Below, piece by piece: positions 30,564 to 39,923 of a stretch of DNA of 64,000 bases. The position numbers and the translations under genes were made by a program. Location: positions 1,056,001 to 1,120,000 of the forward strand of contig OZ219866.1 in the NCBI GenBank assembly GCA_964291675.2, given 5' to 3'. Source of the DNA: Alphaproteobacteria bacterium (lineage in GTDB: Bacteria; Pseudomonadota; Alphaproteobacteria; MPNO01). Below the pieces are notes generated by a model that saw only the letters and a program-made list of their open reading frames with translations, searched no databases and was not told the DNA's origin. Each line of letters begins with the position of its first letter. The stretch's first letter is position 1.

Positions 30564-31436
30564 ATGCCGACCGACTACTCGATCTGGGCCTTCGCCTATA
30601 CGCGCTCCAACATGCCGCGCGATTTCTTCGGCGGCACGCTGGTGGAGAGCAACCGGGGCACGATCCGCAACCCGATGGTCTACACCGCGCTCCATGGCGG
30701 GGAGGACGGCGGCAAGCCGCGCCTCGCTTTGGTCGATACCGGGATGAAGGGCGGCTGGTCGCCGAGCGGCAAGAGCTACGAGGGGGTCGAGCACCCGGAG
30801 ACCACGCTGGCCAAGATCGGTTTCGCGCCGGAGGAGGTGGAGGACGTCATCCTGACCCACCTCCATTTCGACCACGCCGGCAATCTCGACCGCTTCCCCA
30901 ACGCCCGCTTCCACGTCCAGCGCGCCGAATACGATGGCTGGAAGCGGGTCTTTGCGATGCCCGACGGTCTCGGATCGGACACGCGGAAATGGCCGCTGTC
31001 GTCGATCGACCCGCGCGACTTCGACCTGCTCGACGGGCTGATCGCCGACGGGCGGGTGCGGTTCCAGGACGGCGACGGCGAGGTCCTGCCCGGCGTGTCC
31101 GCCCATCTCGCGCGCGACTCGCACACCTTCGGCTCGCAGTGGCTGGAGGTCGCGACGCGGTCCGGCCCCTATGTGGTGGCGGGGGACTGCGTCTACTGGT
31201 ACGCCAATGTCGAGCGCATGTGGCCGCCCGCCTATGTCCAGGGCGATTCGTGGAACCTGATCGAGTGCTACCGCCGCATCCGCGCGGCGGTGGGCGGCGA
31301 CCTCGACCGCATCGTCCCGGGCCACGACCCGCTGCTGTTCGAGCGCCACCGGAGCTGGACCGCGGGGATCAACCCGACCGCCGAGATCCACCTCGCCGCG
31401 GGCGAGCGGTCGCGCGCCGGAGACGGCGGATGCTGA
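30564..31436 (+). CDS. Metallo-beta-lactamase fold, N-acyl-homoserine lactonase family hydrolase
   Basis: LVDTG, THLHFDHAGN, HTFGSQ, AGDC and PGHDP motifs. Confidence 0.9.
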   Translation: MPTDYSIWAFAYTRSNMPRDFFGGTLVESNRGTIRNPMVYTALHGGEDGGKPRLALVDTGMKGGWSPSGKSYEGVEHPETTLAKIGFAPEEVEDVILTHLHFDHAGNLDRFPNARFHVQRAEYDGWKRVFAMPDGLGSDTRKWPLSSIDPRDFDLLDGLIADGRVRFQDGDGEVLPGVSAHLARDSHTFGSQWLEVATRSGPYVVAGDCVYWYANVERMWPPAYVQGDSWNLIECYRRIRAAVGGDLDRIVPGHDPLLFERHRSWTAGINPTAEIHLAAGERSRAGDGGC

Positions 31437-33019
31437 GGGCGGCCGACGGCGCGCGCGGGATGGTCGTGGCGCCGCACGGCCTCGCGTCGCAGGCCGGGCT
31501 CGCGGTGCTGCGCGAAGGCGGCAACGCGATCGAGGCGACGGTCGCCGCCGCCGCCGCCGTCGCCGTGGTCTACCCGCACATGAACGGGCTCGGCGGGGAC
31601 GGTTTCTGGCTGATCGCCGCGCCGGGGGCGGAGCCCGTCGGGATCGACGCCTGCGGCGCGACCGGAGCGGCTGCGACTCCGGCCCTGTATTCCGGAGCGG
31701 CGGCGATCCCGGCGCGCGGGCCGCTCGCCGCCAATACGGTGGCGGGCACCGTCTCGGGATGGGGCGAGGCGCTGCAACTGGCCGCCGAATGGGGCGGGCG
31801 GATGAAGCTCGCGCGACTGCTGGAGGATGCCATATGGCTCGCCGATAACGGGTTCCCGGCGAGCGACAACCAGGCCGCGACCACGGCGGCCAAGGCGGCC
31901 GAGCTCGCCCCGGTTCCGGGTTTTTCGGCGACCTTCCTGTCGGACGGCGCCGCGCCCGCGCCGGGCAGCGCGTTCCGCAACGCTGCGCTCGCCGAAACCC
32001 TGCGCTCGCTCGCCCGCGACGGGCTCGACGATTTCTACCGGGGAGCCCTCGCGCGGCGCATCGCGGCCGACCTCGGCCGGCTCGGCGCGCCGCTGGACGC
32101 GGACGATCTCGCCCGCCACCGGGCGCGGCGCGTCGACCCGCTCTCGGTCGATCTCGCCGCCGGCACGGTCTACAACATGCCGCCGCCGACGCAGGGCGCG
32201 ACCGCGCTGATGATCCTCGGGCTGATCGACCGGCTCGGGCTGGAGGACGCGGGGCCGGACGGTTTCGCCCATATTCACCTGATCGTCGAGGCGACCAAGC
32301 GCGCTTTCATGCTGCGCAACGCGCATCTCGGCGACCCGGCGACGATGGAGGTCGACGCCGCGGACTGGCTCGCACCCGGGTCGCTCGACGAGACGGCGCG
32401 CGGGATCGACCGCAAGACCGCCGCGCCCTGGCCGCAGGCGGGGCCGGACGGCGACACCATCTGGATGGGCGCGGTCGATGACGCCGGGCGGGCGGTCAGT
32501 TTCATCCAGAGCCTGTATTGGGAGTTCGGCTCCGGCCTGGTGCTGCCGGAGACCGGGCTGTTGTGGCAGAACCGCGGCTCCGGCATGCGGCTCGCCGGGA
32601 GCGGACCCAACCGCCTTGCCCCCCTGCGCAAGCCGTTCCATACCCTGAACCCGCCGCTCGCGCGTCTCGCCGACGGGCGGGTGATGGTCTTCGGCACGAT
32701 GGGCGGGGAAGGCCAGCCGCAGACCCAGGCCGCGCTCTACAGCCGCATCGTGACCTTCGACCGGGACCCGCAGGCGGCGGTCAGCGCGCCGCGCTGGCTG
32801 CTCGGGCGCGCCTGGGGCGAGGAGACCACGTCGCTCAGGATCGAGGAGGGCTTCGAGCCGGAGACGGTGGGCGCGCTCGTCGAGGCCGGGCACGAGGTCG
32901 AGCCGGTCCCCGCCCACAGCGACGTGATGGGCCACGCCGGCGTGGCGATCCGCCACCCGGACGGGAGCCTGTCCGGCGCCAGCGACCCGCGCAGCAACGG
33001 CGCGGTCGCCGCCTGGTGA
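31430..33019 (+). CDS. Gamma-glutamyltransferase-family Ntn hydrolase, oxamate amidohydrolase HpxW-like
   Basis: GMVVAPH, VVYPHMNGLGGDGFW, GDTIWMG (Thr nucleophile), PFHTLNP, MGGEGQPQTQ and DPRSNG resemble recalled HpxW sequence. Confidence 0.88.
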   Translation: MLRAADGARGMVVAPHGLASQAGLAVLREGGNAIEATVAAAAAVAVVYPHMNGLGGDGFWLIAAPGAEPVGIDACGATGAAATPALYSGAAAIPARGPLAANTVAGTVSGWGEALQLAAEWGGRMKLARLLEDAIWLADNGFPASDNQAATTAAKAAELAPVPGFSATFLSDGAAPAPGSAFRNAALAETLRSLARDGLDDFYRGALARRIAADLGRLGAPLDADDLARHRARRVDPLSVDLAAGTVYNMPPPTQGATALMILGLIDRLGLEDAGPDGFAHIHLIVEATKRAFMLRNAHLGDPATMEVDAADWLAPGSLDETARGIDRKTAAPWPQAGPDGDTIWMGAVDDAGRAVSFIQSLYWEFGSGLVLPETGLLWQNRGSGMRLAGSGPNRLAPLRKPFHTLNPPLARLADGRVMVFGTMGGEGQPQTQAALYSRIVTFDRDPQAAVSAPRWLLGRAWGEETTSLRIEEGFEPETVGALVEAGHEVEPVPAHSDVMGHAGVAIRHPDGSLSGASDPRSNGAVAAW

Positions 33020-33023
33020 GGCC

Positions 33024-33866
33024 TCAGCCCGCGTTGACGCGGCGCAGGAAGTCGAGCACCTGGGCGTTGAACCGCTCGGCGTGCTCGATATTGGGGCAGT
33101 GCCCGCAATTCTCGTAGACGTGGACCTCCGCGCCCGCGATGCGCGCGGCGAGCTTCGGCGCATAGCCCGGCTCGCGCAGCGGATCGTTGGCGCCGGCGAC
33201 GATTAGGGTGGGCACCGCGATGTTCTCGTAGGGCGTCGCGTCCGGGGTGCCGAAGCCGGAGCCCGCGCCGCCCTCCGCCGGCGGGCGCAGGCGCGGCGCC
33301 GACTGGCACTCCCAGGCGCCCTTCATGCGGGCGAACTCCTGGCGCCGGGCCACATGGTCGTCGTCGTCGCCCCATTTCGGGTCGTGCAGCATCGCCTTGA
33401 CCAGCGCCCGCATCGCGTCCTCGCTGCCGTCATAGGCGAGCAGGGTCTTGCGCTCCTCGGTCTCCGGGGTGAACCCGCCGCCGCTGCACAGCACGATCGA
33501 GCGCAGCGGCAGGAGGTCGGGCTCGGTGGCGGCGATGCGCGCGAGATTGCTGCCGCCCATCGAGTTGCCGATGAAGTCGGCCTCGGCGATCCCCATCGCC
33601 TCGACGAAGCGCTGCATGTGGCGGTAGACGCGGCTTCGCGCATCGCCGAAGTCGAACACCTTGTCGGTGCGCCCGAAGCCGAGCCAGTCGGGCGCGACGA
33701 CGCGGAACTCGGGCGCCAGCGCCGGCATGGTGAACTGCCAGCTTATCTCCGCCGCGCCGCCGTACTCGCCGGAATGCAGCAGCACCACCGTCGGCCCCTC
33801 CCCGGCCTCCAGGTAGTGGGTGCGGATGCCGTCGATGTCGACGAACCTGCTGGCGATCTCGGTCAT
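33024..33866 (-). CDS. Alpha/beta hydrolase (meta-cleavage product hydrolase-like)
   Basis: GNSMGG nucleophile elbow; GAND and CGHCPNIE. Confidence 0.9.
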   Translation of the reverse strand: MTEIASRFVDIDGIRTHYLEAGEGPTVVLLHSGEYGGAAEISWQFTMPALAPEFRVVAPDWLGFGRTDKVFDFGDARSRVYRHMQRFVEAMGIAEADFIGNSMGGSNLARIAATEPDLLPLRSIVLCSGGGFTPETEERKTLLAYDGSEDAMRALVKAMLHDPKWGDDDDHVARRQEFARMKGAWECQSAPRLRPPAEGGAGSGFGTPDATPYENIAVPTLIVAGANDPLREPGYAPKLAARIAGAEVHVYENCGHCPNIEHAERFNAQVLDFLRRVNAG

Positions 33867-33871
33867 CGGAC

Positions 33872-35104
33872 CTACCGCACGAAGGCGAAGCCGAGATCGC
33901 CGAGCGAGGTCGCCTCGACGTCGGGCAGCGAGTTGCGCAGATAGGTCATGCGGTCGGGATCGTAGGATTCGGTGAGCTCGCGCAGCCGCGGATAGACTTC
34001 GTCGTTGAACAGCTGCATCGAGCTCAGCGTGTCGCCGTAGCTGAGGAACCCGGCCTGGCCCATCATCAGCAGATGGCCGAAGCCGCCGGAATACTCCCAG
34101 AACGCCTTGATCTGCTCGAACACCTTGTCCGGCGTGCCGGCGAACACGTTGCCGCGCGCCATCTGGTCGTCGAGCTGCGGGTTGAGCGGCACCCCGGCGC
34201 CGCCGCGCGCGCCCTTCATGATCATCGCCGCGACATGCGGCGGGTGGTAGCCGGGCGGGTTGTTCCACTGCGCCGCGACCTTGTTGGAGGTCATGTACCA
34301 GAGGATCTTTTCCGCCCCCTCGCGCGCCCGGCTCTCGTTCTCGCCGACATGGATCAGCGCGCAATAGGCGAGCCGGTCGAGCGGCGCCTCGGTGCCATGC
34401 GCCTCGCGGTAGCCGCCGCGGTAGCCGTCGAAGATCGTGCGGATGCCGTTATAGCCGGCGAGGAAGACCGCCCCGACATGCTTGTGCTTCGAAACCTGGA
34501 CGCCGCTGCCGGCGCTGCCGATGGTCACCCAGACCGGCGGGTGGGGCTGCTGGTAGGGGCGCGGCCAGATATTGACCTGGCGCATGTGGTAGAAACGGCC
34601 CTCGAAGTTGAACGGACCCTCGTGGTGGGTCCACGCCTTCATGATCAAATCGTGCGCCTCCCACAGCCGTTCGGTGCCGCGGAACGCGATCACGTTGGCG
34701 GGCGCGGACTCGTAGGGCACCCCGCGCACGAAGCCGCATTCGAGCCGGCCGCGCGACAGCACGTCGACCATCGCCATCTCCTCGGCGACGCGCACCGGGG
34801 TGTTCCGGTTGGATATCGGGTTGCCGAGGATCAAGAGCCGCGCGCGCTTGGTCTCGCGCGCCAGGATCGCCAGCATCAGCGGCGCCGCCGGCACCACGCA
34901 GGTGGCGGTCTGGTGATGCTCGTTGAGCATGATCTCCAGGCCGATCTCGTCGGCCGCGTTCCACATGTCGAGATAGCGGTGGTAGAGGTCGGCGCCGATA
35001 TCGGGATCGTAGTGCTTGTTGGGCAGGTTGACCCGGATCGACTCGTAGGTGTCCGGGTCGGGCAAATACGGGTAGGCGTCTTCGGTAAAGAACCAGGTCT
35101 TCAA
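33872..35104 (-). CDS. LLM-class flavin-dependent monooxygenase
   Basis: NEHHQT, RVAEEMAMVDVLSRGRLECGFVRG and PRPYQQPHPPVW motifs; TTG start. Confidence 0.92.
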   Translation of the reverse strand: MKTWFFTEDAYPYLPDPDTYESIRVNLPNKHYDPDIGADLYHRYLDMWNAADEIGLEIMLNEHHQTATCVVPAAPLMLAILARETKRARLLILGNPISNRNTPVRVAEEMAMVDVLSRGRLECGFVRGVPYESAPANVIAFRGTERLWEAHDLIMKAWTHHEGPFNFEGRFYHMRQVNIWPRPYQQPHPPVWVTIGSAGSGVQVSKHKHVGAVFLAGYNGIRTIFDGYRGGYREAHGTEAPLDRLAYCALIHVGENESRAREGAEKILWYMTSNKVAAQWNNPPGYHPPHVAAMIMKGARGGAGVPLNPQLDDQMARGNVFAGTPDKVFEQIKAFWEYSGGFGHLLMMGQAGFLSYGDTLSSMQLFNDEVYPRLRELTESYDPDRMTYLRNSLPDVEATSLGDLGFAFVR

Positions 35105-35119
35105 GGTCGGGCTCCTCGA

Positions 35120-35896
35120 TCAGGACGCGAAGGCGAGAAATTCGGCGAGGAAGGCCTCGGGCTGCTCGGCCTGCGGCGCGTGCCCGGCCTCGGGGATCAC
35201 CGCCAGCCGGGCGCCGGGGATCATGTCGCGGAAGGCCGCCCCGTATTCCGGGGTGACCAGGCGATCGCTCTCGCCCCAGATCAGCAGCGTCGGGATGTCG
35301 ATGCGGTGCAACAGCCCGGGAAGCTTCGGGTTGTGCATGTAGGGATCGAAGGTATAGAGCGCGAGCGCGACCCTGTTGCCGGCCATCGCGGCCAGCGCCT
35401 CGTCGTCCATCTCGGCGATATTGGGCGCCTTGGAGGTGTCGTGCCAGGTGATCTTCACCAGCTCCGCCGGGGGCAGCGCGAACACGTCGGCGACGTCCCG
35501 CGTGTCGCGGTCGCCGGGCTTGATGCCGACGGAATCGACCAGCACCAGTTTGGAGAAGCGGGCCGTCGTCATCACCGCGAGCTCGGCCGCCGTCCAGCCG
35601 CCCATCGAGAACCCCATCACCACGGCGTCCTCGATGTCGAGCGCGTCGATGAAGTCGAGATAGAGGAATTTGAGGTCGTGGATGTCGTCGAAGCGATCGG
35701 GGATGCGGGTGCCCGCGAAGCCGGGATGGATCGGGGCGATCACGTCGAACCGCTCCATCAACCTGGCCGCGAAGGGCATCGGCGCGACCGGCCCGCCGCC
35801 GCCATGCAGCATGAGCAGCGTCTGCCCGCTGCCCCGGCGCATATAGGGCAGCTCGATCCCCTGCAGCGTTATCGATTCCATCTTGCCGTCAGACAC
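35120..35896 (-). CDS. Alpha/beta hydrolase
   Basis: LHGGGG, GFSMGG, WGESD and AGHAP motifs. Confidence 0.9.
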   Translation of the reverse strand: MSDGKMESITLQGIELPYMRRGSGQTLLMLHGGGGPVAPMPFAARLMERFDVIAPIHPGFAGTRIPDRFDDIHDLKFLYLDFIDALDIEDAVVMGFSMGGWTAAELAVMTTARFSKLVLVDSVGIKPGDRDTRDVADVFALPPAELVKITWHDTSKAPNIAEMDDEALAAMAGNRVALALYTFDPYMHNPKLPGLLHRIDIPTLLIWGESDRLVTPEYGAAFRDMIPGARLAVIPEAGHAPQAEQPEAFLAEFLAFAS

Positions 35897-36066
35897 TATC
35901 CTCGTCCGCTTCCTGTTCGTCCGTCATGCGTGATGCGGCCGGTCCGGCGCGGCGCGCCGACCGTTAGCTGGCCACGGAACACTACGCACCGGCCCGGCGG
36001 TTGGCAACGCGGCTTTGACCGGAGACTCGCCCGCCGCTATCGTCCGCCGAAGCTGGGAGGCGCGCG

Positions 36067-36654
36067 ATGGAACGGACCGGAATGCTGCCCGCGGTGGAGG
36101 ATTTCGTGGCGGCGCTGCGCGCGGCCTGCGCCGCCGGTCTGGAGGGCGAGGCGCGCTGGCGGCGCTGCGGCGAGTTGCTGGGGCCGCTGCTCGCCGACCC
36201 GGCGCTCAAGGCGCATGCAAGGGGCTGGCCGGTCGGCGGCTTCGACGGCAGGAAGGTCGAGAACCTGCTGTTCTATGTCGACCCGGATTACGGCTTCGCG
36301 CTCAACGGGCTGATCAAGCGGCCAGGCGGGCGGGCGCAGATCCACGATCACGGCCCGGCCTGGACGGTCTACGGCCTGCTCGAAGGGCGCGAGCGGATCG
36401 TCCGCTTCGGCGTGGTGACCGGCGAGGGCGGCGCGAGACGGCTCGAAGAGACGGCGTCGATCGAGTGCGGCCCGGGCGATGTCGACATCGTGCCGCCGCA
36501 CGAGATCCATTCCGAGTATGCCGGCGACAGCAGGACGGTCGCCTTCATCGTGCGCAGCCAGCGCACCGGCACCTTCAGGCAGAAGGGCTACGAGACCGGC
36601 GTCGACGGCGAGCCCATCCCCGGCCCCAACCAGGTGCCCTACGCGCTGGGCTGA
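36067..36654 (+). CDS. Cysteine-dioxygenase-like cupin protein
   Basis: IHDHGPAWTVYGLLEGRE and PHEIH (three-His cupin metal site). Confidence 0.75.
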   Translation: MERTGMLPAVEDFVAALRAACAAGLEGEARWRRCGELLGPLLADPALKAHARGWPVGGFDGRKVENLLFYVDPDYGFALNGLIKRPGGRAQIHDHGPAWTVYGLLEGRERIVRFGVVTGEGGARRLEETASIECGPGDVDIVPPHEIHSEYAGDSRTVAFIVRSQRTGTFRQKGYETGVDGEPIPGPNQVPYALG

Positions 36655-36657
36655 GCC

Positions 36658-37707
36658 CTATTCCGGGACCGCCGCGCCGGCGCCGCTTGCAACGCCTTCC
36701 CCCCAGACATCCGGCAGGGTGAAGCCCGCGGCGAAGGGGTCCGACGGGTCGGCGCCGAGCGTGCCGCGGCCGAATATCCAGGCGCGGCCGGATATCTCGG
36801 GGACGATCGCGGCATGCCGCCCGACCCGCGCCGGGCGGGCGATGCGGGCGGTGAACGCGCTGTCGACGATCGAGCGCGTCTCCAGCGACCCGCCGACGCC
36901 GAGCTCGCCGCGCGCATGCAGCGCGGCCAGCAGGGCGGCGCTGCCGGTGCCGCAGGGAGAGCGGTCGAGGCGCCCGGGATACATCACGTTGCCGGTCCGC
37001 ACGGTGTCGCCCCGGCGGCGATGGAAGAGCGCGTATTCCACCGCCTCGAACCCGTCGAGCAGGGGATGGCGCAGGGCGATCTGTTCGCGTGCGGCGGCGC
37101 GGATCCGGCTGCCCAGCGAGACCAGCTCGCGCGCCTCGGCGGGGGCGATGTCGAAGCCGAGCGCGGCCGCATCGACCAGCACGAACCAGCACCCGCTGAA
37201 GGCCGTATCGACGGCGAGCGTCCCGAGCCCTTCGACCTCGAGCGGATGGTCGAGAGCGGCCGCAAAGCTCGGGACGAACTCGAGCGTCACGCGCTCGCAC
37301 CGCCCTGCGGCGCAGGACGCCACGGCGCGCACCAGCCCCGCCGCGGTCTCCAGCACGACCGGGGTTCGCGGGCCGGCGATCGGCAGCATGCCGGTCTCCA
37401 GCAGCACCGTGACCACGCACATGGCGTTGGATCCGGACATCGCATGCACCCCGTCGGGCTGCAGGATCACGAAGCCGGCATCGGCCGCCGCGTCGCTCGC
37501 CGGCAGCACCAGGTTGGCCGACATCTGCGGCTTGCCGCGCGGCTCGAACAGGGCGAGGCCGAACAGGGGATGGTCGCCCGGGGCGAGATGCGCCAGCTTG
37601 TCGGCGACGGTGCGGCCCGGGATCTCCGGCGCGCCGCCGGTGATCACCAGCCCCACCTCGCCCTCGGCGTGGGCCCAGACCACGTCGAGGCTGGGAGACA
37701 GGCTCAT
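36658..37707 (-). CDS. Proline racemase family protein (Ser/Cys type)
   Basis: HAEGEVG, EPRG, MSGSN and DRSPCGTG motifs. Confidence 0.92.
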   Translation of the reverse strand: MSLSPSLDVVWAHAEGEVGLVITGGAPEIPGRTVADKLAHLAPGDHPLFGLALFEPRGKPQMSANLVLPASDAAADAGFVILQPDGVHAMSGSNAMCVVTVLLETGMLPIAGPRTPVVLETAAGLVRAVASCAAGRCERVTLEFVPSFAAALDHPLEVEGLGTLAVDTAFSGCWFVLVDAAALGFDIAPAEARELVSLGSRIRAAAREQIALRHPLLDGFEAVEYALFHRRRGDTVRTGNVMYPGRLDRSPCGTGSAALLAALHARGELGVGGSLETRSIVDSAFTARIARPARVGRHAAIVPEISGRAWIFGRGTLGADPSDPFAAGFTLPDVWGEGVASGAGAAVPE

Positions 37708-37738
37708 CGCGGCATTTCCCGAGGGCAGGAAAAAGCAA

Positions 37739-37747
37739 TGATATAAT
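37739..37747 (+). promoter_or_regulatory. Extended -10 promoter TGnTATAAT
   Basis: TGATATAAT is a perfect match, in an AT-rich patch of a very GC-rich genome. Confidence 0.55.
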
Positions 37748-37753
37748 GTTGCA

Positions 37754-37860
37754 ATATTCCGCAGGGCGGCTTATCGTCGGTTCCGCGCCCGGCCATTGCC
37801 CGGTGCACCTTCGTTCTAACTGCCCCCGGATGTCGTGCCGTCATCCGGGGGTTTTTCTTT
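37754..37860 (+). ncRNA. Candidate small RNA (~105 nt)
   Basis: Bounded by the extended -10 and a + strand Rho-independent terminator; no credible ORF; both flanking genes are on the minus strand. Confidence 0.45.
37823..37860 (+). terminator. Rho-independent terminator (+ strand)
   Basis: 10-bp stem CCCCCGGATG / CATCCGGGGG followed by TTTTTCTTT. Confidence 0.8.
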
Positions 37861-37923
37861 CTGCCGGCGCCCCGCGGCCAAGACCGACAGGGGCCCGGCC
37901 GTTTCCGGCCGGGCCCCCGCTAC

Positions 37924-37999
<76 letters not shown>

Positions 38000-38024
38000 C
38001 TCTCTCGTCGACCCGCCGGCGGAC

Positions 38025-38405
38025 CTACCGCCCGCCGTCCATGACGCCGGGAAGGTCGTCGTCCTCCTCGTCGTCCTCGTCCAGCTCGGACGTGTCCTTG
38101 ATCATACCGTCATCGTCTTGCGTGTCGATAACCTCGTCGTCGATATCGCCGTCCTCGACCTCGACGATGCCGGCCGCCTGCTCCTCTTCGCCCTCGATCC
38201 CGGGGGTTTCCCGCTTGGCCGCCGGCTTCGCCGCGGCGGGCGGGGCGGCCACCGCGGATGGGCGGGCGCGACGCGGCCTCAGCATCGCCAGCGGATCGAA
38301 CACCGCCTGGCAACCGGGGCAGACGATGGGATCGCGGCGAAAGTCGTAAAACCGTTTGCCGCAATCCCGACAGCTCCGCTTCAGTCCCCATTCGGGCTTC
38401 GCCAA
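38025..38405 (-). CDS. TIGR02300 / FYDLN-acid family protein
   Basis: AKPEWGLKRSC..CGKRFYDF...IVCP.C followed by an acidic tail; usual position between tRNA-Ala and aroA. Confidence 0.92.
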   Translation of the reverse strand: MAKPEWGLKRSCRDCGKRFYDFRRDPIVCPGCQAVFDPLAMLRPRRARPSAVAAPPAAAKPAAKRETPGIEGEEEQAAGIVEVEDGDIDDEVIDTQDDDGMIKDTSELDEDDEEDDDLPGVMDGGR

Positions 38406-38576
38406 CTCGTCCTCCGTCGACATCGAAACGGGGAGCCATTGCCACGAACGAAACGTTCTGTCAAAGCCAAGTTGCACCCGCCGCGCGCGCCCGATTGGCG
38501 CATCGCGGCGGCGGCTCTGGCGGTGCCCGCCGGCGCTGTGCTACACCCGGCGCGCCCAATTCAAACCCGTTCCAAG

Positions 38577-39923
38577 ATGGCGATGCTGGATTCGGGAACC
38601 GCCGGCACGCTGTGCGGCACCGTGCGGGTCCCAGGCGACAAGTCGATCTCTCACCGCGCCCTGATCGTGAGCGCGCTCGCGGTCGGGGAGTCGCGTATCG
38701 ACGGGCTGCTGGAAGGCGACGACGTGCTCGCCACGGCGGCGGCGCTCGGCGCGCTCGGCGCGTCGGTCGAGCGTGTCGGGCCCGGACGGTGGTCGGTTCG
38801 CGGCGCCGGGATCGGCGGGCTGGCCGAGCCGGACACGGTTCTCGACCTCGGCAATTCGGGAACCTCGGCGAGACTCCTGCTTGGCGTGCTCGGCACCCAC
38901 AACCTGACCGCGTTCCTGACCGGCGACGCCTCGCTGCGGTCCCGGCCGATGGGCCGGGTCTCGGAGCCGCTGCGCGGCATGGGTGCGACGGTCGCGGCGC
39001 GCGATGGCGACAGGCTGCCGCTGATGGTGACCGGCGCGCGGGACCCGGTGCCGATCGAGTACACGCTTCCCGTCCCCTCGGCCCAGGTCAAGTCGGCGAT
39101 CCTGCTCGCCGCGCTCAACACGCCGGGCGAGACCACGGTCATCGAGCCGCGCGCGACGCGCGACCACAGCGAATTGATGCTGCGCCATTTCGGGGTCGAT
39201 ATCGCCGTCGCCGAGACCGGCGCACGCCGCGCGATCACGCTCCGCGGCCAGCCGGAGATCGAGGGCCGCGCGGTGTCGGTCCCGGCCGACATCTCCTCGG
39301 CGGCGTTCCCCGGCGTGGCCGCCCTGCTGGTGCCGGGCTCGGAGGTCGAGATCCCGGATGTCGGGCTCAACCCGACGCGCACGGGCCTGCTCGAATGCCT
39401 CGACGAGATGGGCGCCCGGATCGCCATCGCCGGCGCCGCGCCGGACCGCGCCGAGCCGGTCGGCGGGCTCTGCTTCCGCCATCCCGGGCCGGGCGGGCTG
39501 CGGGCGATCGAGGTGCCGGCGGAGCGCGCGCCGCGGATGATCGACGAGTACCCGATCCTCGCCGTCGCCGCGGCCTTCGCGCAGGGCACGACGCGGATGC
39601 ACGGGCTCGGCGAGCTCAGGGTCAAGGAGAGCGACCGGCTGGCGGCGATCGCCGGCGGGCTGCAAGCCGCTGGCGTCGCCGCGGCGGCGCGGGGCGACAC
39701 GCTGACCGTCGAGGGCGCCGCCGGCCGGCCGCCGGGCGGGGTGACGATCGATGCCGGGCACGACCACCGGATCGCGATGGCCTTCCTGGTGCTCGGCCTG
39801 GCCTGCGAGCGGCCCATCCGGGTGACCGGCAGCGAGACCATCGACACCAGTTTTCCCGGTTTCGTCGCGGCGATGAACGGGCTCGGCGCGGCGATCGCGG
39901 CGCCGGACGCGGCGGATGGCTGA
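38577..39923 (+). CDS. aroA: 3-phosphoshikimate 1-carboxyvinyltransferase (EPSP synthase)
   Basis: PGDKSISHR, GNSGT, SAQVKSA, RDHSE, ELRVKESDR and DHRIAM motifs. Confidence 0.98.
   Translation: MAMLDSGTAGTLCGTVRVPGDKSISHRALIVSALAVGESRIDGLLEGDDVLATAAALGALGASVERVGPGRWSVRGAGIGGLAEPDTVLDLGNSGTSARLLLGVLGTHNLTAFLTGDASLRSRPMGRVSEPLRGMGATVAARDGDRLPLMVTGARDPVPIEYTLPVPSAQVKSAILLAALNTPGETTVIEPRATRDHSELMLRHFGVDIAVAETGARRAITLRGQPEIEGRAVSVPADISSAAFPGVAALLVPGSEVEIPDVGLNPTRTGLLECLDEMGARIAIAGAAPDRAEPVGGLCFRHPGPGGLRAIEVPAERAPRMIDEYPILAVAAAFAQGTTRMHGLGELRVKESDRLAAIAGGLQAAGVAAAARGDTLTVEGAAGRPPGGVTIDAGHDHRIAMAFLVLGLACERPIRVTGSETIDTSFPGFVAAMNGLGAAIAAPDAADG

Noticed and set aside
30564-31436. 4-pyridoxolactonase completing a vitamin B6 pathway with the MHPCO-like gene
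   Set aside because: Only the generic MBL motif is shared, and it lies about 22 kb away in a different operon
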